Source of the DNA: an uncultured Thermoleophilia bacterium
Lineage (GTDB): Bacteria > Actinomycetota > Thermoleophilia > UBA2241
Direction of reading: 5' to 3'
Length of the DNA: 64,000 bases
Assembly (NCBI GenBank): GCA_963762125.1
Contig: CAVXJO010000012.1
Span: 26,392-90,391 of the forward strand
The notes beneath the pieces were generated by a model, which worked only from the letters and a program-made list of their open reading frames with translations, had not been told where the DNA came from and made no database searches. Positions 28,018 to 37,626 of the stretch are shown here, in pieces (the first letter of the stretch is position 1; each line of letters opens with the position of its first letter). Made by a program: the position numbers and the translations under genes.

Positions 28018-28479
28018 ATGACCGCATCGACAGTGGCTGCATCGGGGTTCCTCACCGCGCATAGCAGCCTTGGGGCCGACCTGACGCTGCTGGTGTCGGT
28101 GGCGGCCATCGTCCTGCTCAGCGCCGGCGTCTTCCTCGCCCGGCGGCGGCGCTACGACGCACACCGCTGGACGCAGACCGTGGCAGTGCTCCTCAACGCC
28201 GTCATGGTCGTCACCTGGATGCTGCGCTCGCTGGTGCAGTACATCCTCCCGGGGATACCGGGGAGCCTCAGCGAGCGCGGACACGCCCTCGCCGCCGTGC
28301 ACGCCGCGACCGGCGCCGTCGGCGTGGCGCTCGGTCTCTTCCTCCTCGTGCGCGCCAACCAGCTCACGCGCCGCCACGAGAGCGTGAGCCGCTACAAGCC
28401 GGTCATGCGCATCGCCTACCTGGTCTACCTGGCCGGGTTCTTGCTCGGCGTCGCGCTGTACGTGGTGACCTATGGCTGA
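28018..28479 (+). CDS. small 4-TM membrane protein (possibly DUF420-like), first gene of the B12-radical-SAM operon
   Basis: An AGGAGG RBS precedes MTASTVAASGFLTAHSSLGADLTLLVSVAAIVLL... Its stop overlaps the next gene's start by 8 bp (ATGGCTGA). Confidence 0.6.
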   Translation: MTASTVAASGFLTAHSSLGADLTLLVSVAAIVLLSAGVFLARRRRYDAHRWTQTVAVLLNAVMVVTWMLRSLVQYILPGIPGSLSERGHALAAVHAATGAVGVALGLFLLVRANQLTRRHESVSRYKPVMRIAYLVYLAGFLLGVALYVVTYG

Positions 28480-29938
28480 GGCCCGGGACGTCCTACTCGT
28501 CTTCCCGGGCCGGCAGCGCGCGCCCGATCCCCAGGTGCCGCTCCAACTGCTCCACGTGGCGTCCGCGCTGCGCCGCGCCGGCTACCGCCCGCGCATCGCC
28601 GACCTGCGCCTCGGCGACTTCCGCACCCTGCCCCTCGGCGACCCCGTGTTCGTCGGCATCACCGCCATGAGTGGTCCTCAGATCCGCTACGGCCTCGAGT
28701 TCGCAGGGCGAGTCAGAGCGGAGCTGCCGGGCACGCCCATCGTCTGGGGGGGTGTGCACCCGACCCTGCTGCCCGAGCAGACGGCCGCGGACGCGCGTGT
28801 CGACGTCGTCGTCCGCGGCGAGGCCGAACTCGTCGTCGGACCGCTGGCCGATGCACTCGCGGCCGGCGAGCCACTCGACGCCGTCGCCGGCATCACCTAC
28901 AGGGAAGGAGGCGCCGCCGGCGCCGACGTCGTGCGCTCCACCGCGGACGCCGCGCTCGTCGACCTCGACGAAATCCCGCTGGGGCTGCCCTACGAGCTCC
29001 TGCCTCTGCAGCTCTATCCGACGCTCCAGGCCGGCCGCGTCCACCTGCAGACCAGTCGCGGCTGCCCGAACCGCTGCGGGTTCTGCTACAACACCGCCTT
29101 CAACAAGCGGCGCTGGCGCGGCAAGAGCCCGGAGCGCGTGGTCGACGAGATGGAGTGGCTGCTGCGCCGCTTTCCGCAGGCGAAGATCCTCGATCCGGTC
29201 GACGACAATCTCTTCGTCGACCGCAAACGGGTGGAGGCCATCTGCGAGCTCATCCTCAGCCGCGGCCTCAAGTTCCGCTGGCGCGCCAACTGCCGGTTCG
29301 ACTACCTCGCCCGCTACGACGCGGAGTTCCTGCGCCTCGTCGAGCGCGCCGGCTGCATGGAGCTCGACTTCGGCGGCGAGAGCGGCTCGGCGCGCATGCA
29401 GGACTTCGTCTGCAAGGACGTCTCCGCCGACGAGATCCTCGCGGCCGTGGCCAGCCTCCGCCGCTGGGCGCCGAGCATCGACCCCTTCGTCTCGTGGCTG
29501 AGCGGGCTTCCCGGCGAGACCTACGCGGACATGGAGAAGACGTTCGACCTCATGGATGCGATGGGGCGCGCCAACCCGCGCACGCAGCACTACGGGATCT
29601 TCCTCTACACGCCCTTCCCCAGCCCGCTGCTCGACGAGCTGCCGCCTGAGTTCACGCCACCGGCGTCGCTGGAGGAGTGGGGCCGGATCGAGGTGTTCCA
29701 CTTCCTGCCGCCGTGGCACACCCCCGAGTATGTGAAGAAGCTGCGCTCGATCTCGGCGGTGACCCGCTGGGCCTTCTACCCGCGCTCCCGGATCGACGAG
29801 CACGGCGCCGCCTTCAAGACCGCCTACGGCGCGATGTGCGCGGCGGCCCGGGTGCGCTGGCGTCACCGGGCTTTCGGCTTCCCTGTGGAACTGCGTCTCG
29901 CGAACGCGGCCGCGCAGCACCTCCGCGGGTTCCTGTGA
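28472..29938 (+). CDS. B12-binding-domain radical SAM enzyme (class B rSAM), paralog 1
   Basis: The N-terminal cobalamin-binding fold is VLLVFPG...IADLRLGDFRT...VFVGITAMSG. The radical SAM cluster motif is SRGCPNRCGFC, followed by an extended C-terminal domain. Confidence 0.85.
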   Translation: MAEARDVLLVFPGRQRAPDPQVPLQLLHVASALRRAGYRPRIADLRLGDFRTLPLGDPVFVGITAMSGPQIRYGLEFAGRVRAELPGTPIVWGGVHPTLLPEQTAADARVDVVVRGEAELVVGPLADALAAGEPLDAVAGITYREGGAAGADVVRSTADAALVDLDEIPLGLPYELLPLQLYPTLQAGRVHLQTSRGCPNRCGFCYNTAFNKRRWRGKSPERVVDEMEWLLRRFPQAKILDPVDDNLFVDRKRVEAICELILSRGLKFRWRANCRFDYLARYDAEFLRLVERAGCMELDFGGESGSARMQDFVCKDVSADEILAAVASLRRWAPSIDPFVSWLSGLPGETYADMEKTFDLMDAMGRANPRTQHYGIFLYTPFPSPLLDELPPEFTPPASLEEWGRIEVFHFLPPWHTPEYVKKLRSISAVTRWAFYPRSRIDEHGAAFKTAYGAMCAAARVRWRHRAFGFPVELRLANAAAQHLRGFL

Positions 29939-31416
29939 GCGCTGAGGAGCCGGCTGCGCTGAGCAGGCGCGGCGCCGGCGGCGGCAGCCGCGGCGGTGTG
30001 GCCCGCAGCTCGCCCTGGGCGAGCGGCGCCTGGGCGTGGCCGCGGACACCGGACCGGCGGCTGCTGGCGCTCGGCGTCCTCCTCCAGATCGCCCTAGCGC
30101 TGCTGGCGTTCGATCACGCGCACGACATGCGACTCTTCCAGGCGACCGGGTACCTCGTCGCGACCGGCCACAGTCCCTACGCGCCGCTCGACCTCAGCGC
30201 CGTGTTCCACGACGCGGTGTTCCAGGGGCGCCTCGCGATCGGCTATCCGCCGCCGTGGCCGTTGCTGCTCGGCGGCATCTACCGGGTGACCTACGCGCTC
30301 GTGCCCGACCTCCACCTGTACGCGGCGGCGATCCGGCTGCCGGTGATCGCGGCCGACGTCGGGCTCGCTTACCTAGCCGGCGCGGCGCTCCAGAACCTCG
30401 GCGCCGCGCCCTCCGTCGTGCGCCGCGCCTGGCTGGCGCTCCTCTTCAATCCCTTTCTGCTCTACGTGGGCGCCGTCTGGGGCCAGATCGACGCCGTGGT
30501 CGCGCTTCTCTCCCTGGCCGCCCTCCTGCTGGCGGCCTCCGGCCGGCGCGACCTCTCCGCCGTGACGCTGGCGCTGGCCGTCTGCGTCAAACCGACGGCG
30601 GCCCCGATGCTGCTCGCCGTGCTCCTCTTCGTCGGCGCGCCCTCCTTGCTCCGCGCGGCGCGCTATGCGTCCGTCTTCGCCGTCGGCGCCTTCGTCTTCT
30701 ACGTCCTGCCCTTCCTCGTCCTCGGATGGGACGCCTCTCCGGCCCACATGGCTAACGCACAGCTGTCCATGATCGGAGCGATGTCCCTCACGGCGGTCGC
30801 GCGCCTCTGGACCGAGTCGCTCGCCTTGGGCGGCCACTGGTGGCTTCTGGGCCTGCTCTGGGCGCCCGCGCTCCTCGTCGCCGCGCTCGTCGCGCGCGGC
30901 AGGTCACGCGAGCCCGCCGGCCTTCTTGCCGTCGGCGCGGCGCTGACGCTCGTGTTCTTCCTCTTCCGCACCTGGCTGGCCGAACCGAACGTGATCGTCG
31001 TGCTGGCGCCGGTGCTCGTACTGGCCGCGCTCGACCGGCTGGACCGGCGGCTCTTCACCGCACTATGGGTCGTCCCGCTCGCCTTCGTCGCGGCCGACGC
31101 CTCGCCGCTGCGACTGCTGTGGCGGTTGTTCCCCGCAGCCGCGGACGAGGCGCTGGCGTTCGCCGGGGCTCACGGCGACGTCACGACGGCCGTGAGAGCG
31201 GCCCTGGTCATCGTGTGGCAGGTCGTCGGCTGGTGGATCGTCGTCGCCTGTCTGCGTAAGCCGGGAGCCGAAACAGCGGGGTCCGGCGCGGCCGAGGCGG
31301 CCGCGAAGTCCTCCTCGCCGGGCCCCGGGCTGCCGCAGGCCAGGCGCGTGGGTGCCGGCTCGGCGGGCGCCGCGCCGGCAGGTGCGGCCGATCCCGTGCA
31401 GGATGTCCTGCCGTGA
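29935..31416 (+). CDS. polytopic membrane protein resembling GT-C / DUF2029-type glycosyltransferases (about 12 TM helices)
   Basis: GTG start overlapping the rSAM1 stop as GTGA. The sequence LFNPFLLYVGAVWGQIDAVVALLSLAALLLA...LALAVCVKPTAAPMLLAVLLF is typical of GT-C mannosyl/arabinosyl-transferase-like membrane domains. This is family-level only. Confidence 0.5.
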   Translation: MSAEEPAALSRRGAGGGSRGGVARSSPWASGAWAWPRTPDRRLLALGVLLQIALALLAFDHAHDMRLFQATGYLVATGHSPYAPLDLSAVFHDAVFQGRLAIGYPPPWPLLLGGIYRVTYALVPDLHLYAAAIRLPVIAADVGLAYLAGAALQNLGAAPSVVRRAWLALLFNPFLLYVGAVWGQIDAVVALLSLAALLLAASGRRDLSAVTLALAVCVKPTAAPMLLAVLLFVGAPSLLRAARYASVFAVGAFVFYVLPFLVLGWDASPAHMANAQLSMIGAMSLTAVARLWTESLALGGHWWLLGLLWAPALLVAALVARGRSREPAGLLAVGAALTLVFFLFRTWLAEPNVIVVLAPVLVLAALDRLDRRLFTALWVVPLAFVAADASPLRLLWRLFPAAADEALAFAGAHGDVTTAVRAALVIVWQVVGWWIVVACLRKPGAETAGSGAAEAAAKSSSPGPGLPQARRVGAGSAGAAPAGAADPVQDVLP

Positions 31417-32291
31417 GGACCGTCTTCGAGCTGGGCGACGGCCTCGCGCTGGCGCTGGCGGAGACGGCCGGCGCGGGAGAGCAGCCTGATCACGGCGCCG
31501 TCGGGCCGTACCCCACGAGCGGATTGCAGAAGGGGCTCCTGCTGCTCGACGAGGGGCGGGAGCTCAGCAGCGAGGGCGTCGGCTTCGGCGTCCCGATCCT
31601 CAAACGCGGACCGCGGGCGGTGTTCCCCGGCAGTGGTGAGGCCGTCGTCCATCCCGGGACCCCGCGCGCGATCACGATGACCTACGCGATGGACCGCGTC
31701 GAACGGCTCGGCGGGCGCCGCCACCGCAGCTTCTTCCACAGGCCGCTCGATGAGGCGCGCGAGGCATTCGCCCTTCTCTACCGGCGCGCTCCGCTGCTTC
31801 GTCGTCCGCTGCTGGCCGCGTCCAACGGGATCCGCTGGCTGCTGCACGTGCGCACGCGGTTCGAGCCGACCGCCCCGGTCGCAGTCGTGCCCGTCACCTA
31901 TCGGGCCGGCGATCGCCCCGGCGAGGTCGTGGTCAGCGCCGATCTGAGCCGCCTGCCCGACGCCGTGACCGAGGTCGTGCTGATGAACGAGCTCGGGGCC
32001 GACGTGTTCGACCACTACCGGGACAGCGACGGGGCCGACCTGCAAGGGACGGGCATCGGCGCCTGGAACCAGGTCGGCGCCGCCACGGCCTCGTTCGTCG
32101 CCGAGGAGAGCGGCGTCTCATTCACTCTCGAGAGCGGTCCAGACCCGGATGCGCCCGGCGTGCGCCTCTACCGTGGCCGCGAGGTCGCCAAGGGCCGGCT
32201 CGCGTGGGCCGGGTTCGGCTACACCCTGCGGCCCGGCCCGCCGACGTTCACGTACACGCTGCACGTCGCACGCCGCGAGGTCCGGCGGTGA
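31413..32291 (+). CDS. hypothetical protein (292 aa, soluble, no recognised domain) within the rSAM operon
   Basis: GTGA overlaps at both ends place it inside the coupled operon. There are no TM segments. Confidence 0.5.
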   Translation: MRTVFELGDGLALALAETAGAGEQPDHGAVGPYPTSGLQKGLLLLDEGRELSSEGVGFGVPILKRGPRAVFPGSGEAVVHPGTPRAITMTYAMDRVERLGGRRHRSFFHRPLDEAREAFALLYRRAPLLRRPLLAASNGIRWLLHVRTRFEPTAPVAVVPVTYRAGDRPGEVVVSADLSRLPDAVTEVVLMNELGADVFDHYRDSDGADLQGTGIGAWNQVGAATASFVAEESGVSFTLESGPDPDAPGVRLYRGREVAKGRLAWAGFGYTLRPGPPTFTYTLHVARREVRR

Positions 32292-33640
32292 GCTCGGTGC
32301 TCCTCGTCTATCCGTTCTTCCGTCGCTCGCTCGACCGCTCGCGGTTCCGCTTTCCGCCGCTCGGGCCGGCGTACGTGGCGGCGAGCCTGCGCCGGGCCGG
32401 TCACGAGGTGAGGCTCCTCGACTGCACGTTCCTGAGCCGCGAGCGGGCGTGGGAGCTGGCCCTCGCGGCCCGGGCGGACGTCGCCGGCGTGTACTGCATG
32501 GCGACCATGCGCGAGGACGCCCTGTGGTTCGCGCGGCGACTGCGCGGCAGGTGCGACCTGCTCATCGCCGGCGGCCCCCTGCCGACCTGCGAGCCGGAGT
32601 CGTTCCTCGCCGACTTCGACGTGGTCGTGCGCGGCGAGGGCGAACAGACGATGGTCGAGGCCCTCGCCGCGCGCGCAGCAGGAGCGGACCTGGACGCCGT
32701 GCCCGGCGTGGTAGCCCGGAGTACGGGCGGCGCAGCCGGCGCGGCTCCGGAGCGACCGCTCGCCGCCGATCTCGACGCCCTCCCCTTCCCCGCTCGCGAC
32801 CTGCTGCCCAACGCCGCCTACGTCAAGCACGGGCGGCGGCGCTACGGCTACGCCGTCACTACGGTGATGAGCAGCCGCGGCTGCCCGTTCGCCTGCGAGT
32901 TCTGCAGTAACGTCGTCTTCGGCGCCTCCTACCGCGAGCGTTCACCGTCAAGCGTCGTCGACGAGGTCGAGGAGGCGCTCGCGCTGGGCTACGACCGCAT
33001 CGCCTTCGCCGACGACGTCTTCACCCTGCGCCGCGAGCGCGTTGCCGCCGTCTGCGCCGAGATCGAGCGACGCGGGCTGCGCTTCGCCTGGGAGTGCCTC
33101 GCCCGGGTGGACGGCATCGACCGGGCGACCGCCGAGACGATGCGCAGCGCGGGCTGCCGGACCGTCTTCTTCGGCATCGAGTCCGGCAGCGACGAGGTCC
33201 TGCGCATGATGCGCAAAGGCATCACCGCGGCCCAGGCCCGCAAGGCCGTCTGGGCCGCTCACGCGGCCGGCCTCGAAGTCGGCGCGTTCTTCATCCTGTG
33301 TTACCCGGGCGAGACCGACGAGACGGTGCTCGAGACCCTCCGCTTCGCCGCATCCCTGCCGCTCGACTACATCGGCCTCTCGATGCCATACCCGCTGCCG
33401 GGGACCCCCCTGGGAGAGCGGATGAAGAGCCGCGTGACGGGCGAGTCGCGGCCCGACGGCAGCCCGCTCATGAACCAGCAGCTGACCTACGAGGGCGAGT
33501 TCTCGGCGGCCAAGATGCGCTTCGCCATCCTCGCCGGCAAAGGACAGTTCGTGCTGCGCCGGCGGCTGGGGCGCTTCGGCCCCGCCGCCCTCCGGCTCAC
33601 GCAGGCGCCGGTCGAAGCGCTCTTCCGGCGCCTGCGCTGA
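32288..33640 (+). CDS. B12-binding-domain radical SAM enzyme, paralog 2
   Basis: VSSVLLVYPFF...VRLLDCTF... (B12 domain) and SSRGCPFACEFC (rSAM motif), with the same architecture as paralog 1. Confidence 0.85.
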   Translation: MSSVLLVYPFFRRSLDRSRFRFPPLGPAYVAASLRRAGHEVRLLDCTFLSRERAWELALAARADVAGVYCMATMREDALWFARRLRGRCDLLIAGGPLPTCEPESFLADFDVVVRGEGEQTMVEALAARAAGADLDAVPGVVARSTGGAAGAAPERPLAADLDALPFPARDLLPNAAYVKHGRRRYGYAVTTVMSSRGCPFACEFCSNVVFGASYRERSPSSVVDEVEEALALGYDRIAFADDVFTLRRERVAAVCAEIERRGLRFAWECLARVDGIDRATAETMRSAGCRTVFFGIESGSDEVLRMMRKGITAAQARKAVWAAHAAGLEVGAFFILCYPGETDETVLETLRFAASLPLDYIGLSMPYPLPGTPLGERMKSRVTGESRPDGSPLMNQQLTYEGEFSAAKMRFAILAGKGQFVLRRRLGRFGPAALRLTQAPVEALFRRLR

Positions 33641-33743
33641 CGGCCGGGCCGACGGAGCCGATCCCGGTTCGGGACCGGCCACTCCGGAGGGCGCCGGACC
33701 CGCGGCCCGCGACCGGCGCCGCGGTCGCCGGCCGCCGCTCGCC

Positions 33744-35078
33744 TCAGGCGGCGGTCGTCTGCTTGGCAGCGAACGCCGTCATCGTCTCGTCGATGCGGCG
33801 CCGCAGCCAGCTCTCGTCGATGTCGGAACCGAAGACGAAGGTGACCTCGTTCTCGTGCGTCCAGTCGCGGCCCTCGTCGTCACCACCCAGACGCTCCCAC
33901 AGCCGCGACCCCGGGAGGGGCATGGGCACGTTGAAGGAGATCTCCGCGAGCGGCAGGTCGAGCGCGAAGGCCAAGGTCTGCTCGATGTCGGCCGCGGTCT
34001 CGCCCGGATAGCCGACGATGAAGAAGGCGGCGACCTCGATGCCCGCCTCCCGATACACCGTCGCCGCCCGCACCCCCTGCTCCACCGTGGTCTCCTTCTG
34101 CATCAGGTCCAAGGTCGCCTGGCTGCCCGACTCGAGACCCAGGTAGACCCTCCGGCACCCGGAGGCTCGCATGAGCCGCGCCGTCGAATGGTCGATCCCG
34201 CTGACGCGTGAGAGGCAGCTCCACGTGAGTCCGAGGGGCGTCATCCGCCGGCAGAACTCCTCCAAGTAGTCGCGCCGCAGCGTGAACGTGTCGTCGGCGA
34301 TCCACAAGCCGTCGTACCCGAAGTGGACGATCTCGTCGATCTCGGCGAACACGGCGTCCAGCGGGCGCAGGCGTACCTCGCGACCGAAGACGGGCTTGGA
34401 GCAGAACTCGCACCCGAAGGGACAGCCGAGCGTCGCGAGGAGCGTCGTCGGCCGATGGCCGGTGCGCGCCCACTCCCGCTGGTAGGCGCGGTGGTCGAAG
34501 TCGCCGCGGTCCGGCAGGGGAAAGCCGGCGATCTGCTCCTGCGTGTGATGCACCGGCGGATTGTCGACCCGAGAGCCGCGCCGATCCGTGACGAGGCCGG
34601 CATAGTCTTCGAGCGGCAGATCGCCGGCCGTGACCGGCGTCGCCCCGCGCTCCAGGTACTCGCGGCAGAATGCGGGGAAGCTCAGGTCGGCTTCGCCGCG
34701 GAACACGACGTCGACATGGGGAAGGAAGCGCCCCGGGAAGACGGTCGGCAGCGGGCCGCCGGCCACCAGCAAGGCGTCGGGCAACCGTTCACGCACCGCG
34801 GCGGCGAGGCGGACCGCGTTGCCGGTGAGGCTTACCATGGCCGAGATGCCGACGACCGCCGGCTGCCAGGCGACCAGGTCGTCGAGGAGCGCGTCGAGCG
34901 AACTGAACGTGCCGTCGAAGACCCGCGCCTCGACGCCGGCACGCTTGAGGTGGGCGCTGAGCAGTGCGAGGCCGAGGGGCGGGAACAGGACCTCGGTCCT
35001 CGCCCTGGTGCGGAAATAGGGAAACACCAAGGCCACGCCTCGTTGCCGCATGAGCCCCGGTGTCTCGACCATGAGCAA
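33744..35078 (-). CDS. B12-binding-domain radical SAM enzyme, paralog 3 (convergent with paralog 2)
   Basis: VALVFPYF...ARVFDGTF (B12 domain) and TLGCPFGCEFC (rSAM motif). An alternative start at MRQRG near 35051 is possible. Confidence 0.85.
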   Translation of the reverse strand: MLMVETPGLMRQRGVALVFPYFRTRARTEVLFPPLGLALLSAHLKRAGVEARVFDGTFSSLDALLDDLVAWQPAVVGISAMVSLTGNAVRLAAAVRERLPDALLVAGGPLPTVFPGRFLPHVDVVFRGEADLSFPAFCREYLERGATPVTAGDLPLEDYAGLVTDRRGSRVDNPPVHHTQEQIAGFPLPDRGDFDHRAYQREWARTGHRPTTLLATLGCPFGCEFCSKPVFGREVRLRPLDAVFAEIDEIVHFGYDGLWIADDTFTLRRDYLEEFCRRMTPLGLTWSCLSRVSGIDHSTARLMRASGCRRVYLGLESGSQATLDLMQKETTVEQGVRAATVYREAGIEVAAFFIVGYPGETAADIEQTLAFALDLPLAEISFNVPMPLPGSRLWERLGGDDEGRDWTHENEVTFVFGSDIDESWLRRRIDETMTAFAAKQTTAA

Positions 35079-35174
35079 TGCTGGCCCGCCACGACGCGCG
35101 CGTCAACATCGACTTCCCTCGGCGCGGTACGCGGGGCTGCGCACGGTGCACGCGCTGTGGCAGTATCGTCGGCG

Positions 35175-36026
35175 ATGGACGTGCGCGCACTCATCGACCG
35201 GCGCTACTCGTGCCGCGCTTACCTCGAACGGCCGATCGCCGCGGGGGACCGCGATGCGCTCGCGACGTTCATGGCGGCGAAGACGGCGGGACCGCTCGGT
35301 TCGGCGGTGCGCTTCGGCCTCATCGCCGCCTCGTCGGACGACGAGGGCGCTCTCAAGCGTCTCGGGACCTACGGCTTCATCAAGGGCGCCAGGGGGTTCC
35401 TCGTCGGCGCCGTGCGCAAGGGGTCACGCGACCTCGAGGACTACGGCTATCTCCTCGAAGGGCTCGTCCTGCGCGCCACCGAGCTCGGGCTGGGCACCTG
35501 CTGGCTGGGTGGGACCTTCACGCGCAGCACCTTCACGTCCCGCTTCGGCGGCGTCGACCGCGACGAGACGATCCCCGCCGTCGTCTCCGTCGGCTACCCG
35601 GGAGACGACGGCACGGAGCGCATCCGCGAGCGCGAGGAGGGCACGCGGCGCTACCCGCCCGACGAGCTCTTCTTCGGCGACGAGTGGGGCGTGCCGCTCG
35701 GCCGCCAGGGCACGGACGGCTACGCCCCGGCGCTCGAGGCCGTACGCATGGGCCCCTCCGCGACCAACAAGCAGCCCTGGCGCATCGTCCGTCGCGGCGG
35801 CGACTGGCACTTCTACCTCGAACGCACGAAGGGCTACGGCAAGGGCAGCCCGTGGTTCAAGCTGCTGCGCATCGCCGACCTGCAGCGCGTCGACCTCGGC
35901 ATCGCCATGTGCCACTTCGATCTTGTGGCGCGCGAGTCCGGCCGCGACGGCCGCTGGATCGTCGAGGACCCGGGCCTCTCGTTGCCGGGCCCGGGCATCG
36001 AGTACACGGCCACCTGGCGCGGCTGA
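35175..36026 (+). CDS. nitroreductase-superfamily protein (TM1586-type putative nitroreductase)
   Basis: MDVRALIDRRYSCRAYLERPIAAGDRDAL...GLGTCWLGG...PWRIV. Encoded divergently from rSAM3. Confidence 0.7.
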   Translation: MDVRALIDRRYSCRAYLERPIAAGDRDALATFMAAKTAGPLGSAVRFGLIAASSDDEGALKRLGTYGFIKGARGFLVGAVRKGSRDLEDYGYLLEGLVLRATELGLGTCWLGGTFTRSTFTSRFGGVDRDETIPAVVSVGYPGDDGTERIREREEGTRRYPPDELFFGDEWGVPLGRQGTDGYAPALEAVRMGPSATNKQPWRIVRRGGDWHFYLERTKGYGKGSPWFKLLRIADLQRVDLGIAMCHFDLVARESGRDGRWIVEDPGLSLPGPGIEYTATWRG

Positions 36027-36155
36027 CGACCGGGCCCGACCGGGCCGGCCCGGGCGACGTTCATCTCCCGTTCATGCACTGGCGGAGACACCCCACCTCA
36101 GATGGGTGGATAGTCCCCGACCGCGCCGTCCCCCACGGCGCACAAGGAGCACGAC

Positions 36156-37592
36156 ATGGAAGCAGAATGGGAAGGCGCCGGGCTGCCGGCGAGTGACGCC
36201 GCCCGGTGGGAGGCGCGCGAGCGCGACCGGGCGCGGACGCGCCCGTGGACGCTCGCGCGCCCCGCCGGGGCGACGGCCAGGTCCAACAGGTTCCTGGCCA
36301 AGGTGCTCGGCGTCCTCGCCGCGGTCGGCATGTTCGTCAGCGTGGCGCTCGTCGTGCCCGTGACGTCACTGTCGTCACTCGCCGGCCCCGGCGGTGCGCT
36401 CACGGCCGTCGGCCGCGTCACCGCCATGTCGGGCACGTACCTGCTGCTCGTCACGCTGCTCCTGATCGCGAGAATACCAGCGGTCGAACGGGCTATCGGC
36501 CAGGACCGCCTCGTCAAGCTGCACCGTCGACTGGGACCGGCGATCCTCGGCCTCATCAGTGTGCACGTGGTCGCCGTCGTCCTGGGCTACGCCGCCCAGG
36601 TGTCCGCCGGCCCGTGGCACGAGCTCATCATCCTGGCCACGACGTTCCCGGGCATGATGCTCGCCGTCGCCGGCCTCGGCCTGCTCTTCCTGGCCGCGTT
36701 CACGTCCTACCGGTACGTGCGTCGCCACATGAAGTACGAGACCTGGTGGGCGGTCCACCTGTACACCTACCTGGCAGTCGCGCTTTCGATCCCGCATCAG
36801 GTCCTGACCGGCGCGCCCTTCATGGGTCACCCGCTGGCGATGGCCTGGTGGCTGACGCTCTGGTTCGCGACCGCCGGCGCCGTCATCGTCTATCGCTGGG
36901 GCCTGCCGATCGCGCGCAGCCTCCAGCACAGGGTGACGGTCCACAGCGTCGAGCAGGAGGCGCCGGGCGTGGTCTCGGTGACCATGACAGGCCGGAACCT
37001 GCACAAGCTGGAGGCCTCCGGCGGCCAGTTCCTGCACTGGCGCTTCATGAAGCGCGGCATGTGGTGGCAGGCGCACCCGTACTCGCTGTCGGCCGTGCCG
37101 ACCACCAGCCGGATGCGGATCACCGTCAAGGACCTCGGCGACCACAGCAGTTCGTTGGCGGCCATCGCGCCCGGGACGCGCGTGGCCATCGAAGGCCCCT
37201 ACGGAGCCTTCACGCATCGTGCGCGGCACACCGACCAGGTCGTGCTCGTCGCGGCCGGCGTCGGGGTCACGCCCGTCAGGGCGCTGCTCGAGGACCTGCC
37301 GCGTCACGTCGACGTCGTCGCGATCCTGCGCGGCGCCAGCCGGCGCGACCTGGTCCTGCGCGACGAGCTGGCCCACCTGGTGGGCGAGCGCGGCGGGCAA
37401 CTCCACGAGGTCATAGGGCCGCGCTCGCACGCGCGTCTCGACGAGCAAGGCCTGGCCGGGCTCGTCCCCGACATCGCCGACCGGGACCTGTACGTCTGCG
37501 GCCCCAACGGCTTCATGCAGGGCGTCATCGCCGCCGCCCGCAACCTGGGCGTCCGCGGCGAGCGCATCCACCACGAGGACTTCGCCTTCTAG
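36156..37592 (+). CDS. ferric-reductase-like transmembrane domain protein with C-terminal FAD- and NAD(P)H-binding domains (NOX/FRE-like)
   Basis: An AAGGAG RBS; a 6-TM domain with His pairs (HVVAVVLGY...HLYTYLAVALSIPH); an FAD-binding HPYS motif; and an NAD-binding GVGVTP motif. Confidence 0.8.
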   Translation: MEAEWEGAGLPASDAARWEARERDRARTRPWTLARPAGATARSNRFLAKVLGVLAAVGMFVSVALVVPVTSLSSLAGPGGALTAVGRVTAMSGTYLLLVTLLLIARIPAVERAIGQDRLVKLHRRLGPAILGLISVHVVAVVLGYAAQVSAGPWHELIILATTFPGMMLAVAGLGLLFLAAFTSYRYVRRHMKYETWWAVHLYTYLAVALSIPHQVLTGAPFMGHPLAMAWWLTLWFATAGAVIVYRWGLPIARSLQHRVTVHSVEQEAPGVVSVTMTGRNLHKLEASGGQFLHWRFMKRGMWWQAHPYSLSAVPTTSRMRITVKDLGDHSSSLAAIAPGTRVAIEGPYGAFTHRARHTDQVVLVAAGVGVTPVRALLEDLPRHVDVVAILRGASRRDLVLRDELAHLVGERGGQLHEVIGPRSHARLDEQGLAGLVPDIADRDLYVCGPNGFMQGVIAAARNLGVRGERIHHEDFAF

Positions 37593-37626
37593 GCGTCCGC
37601 GACCAGACCCGACCACGGGAGGAGTC

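Noticed and set aside
34323-35174. N-terminal approximately 280 codons of plus-strand ORF 34323..36026
   Set aside because: It is antisense to rSAM3. Only the part from ATG 35175 onward (the nitroreductase) is coding.
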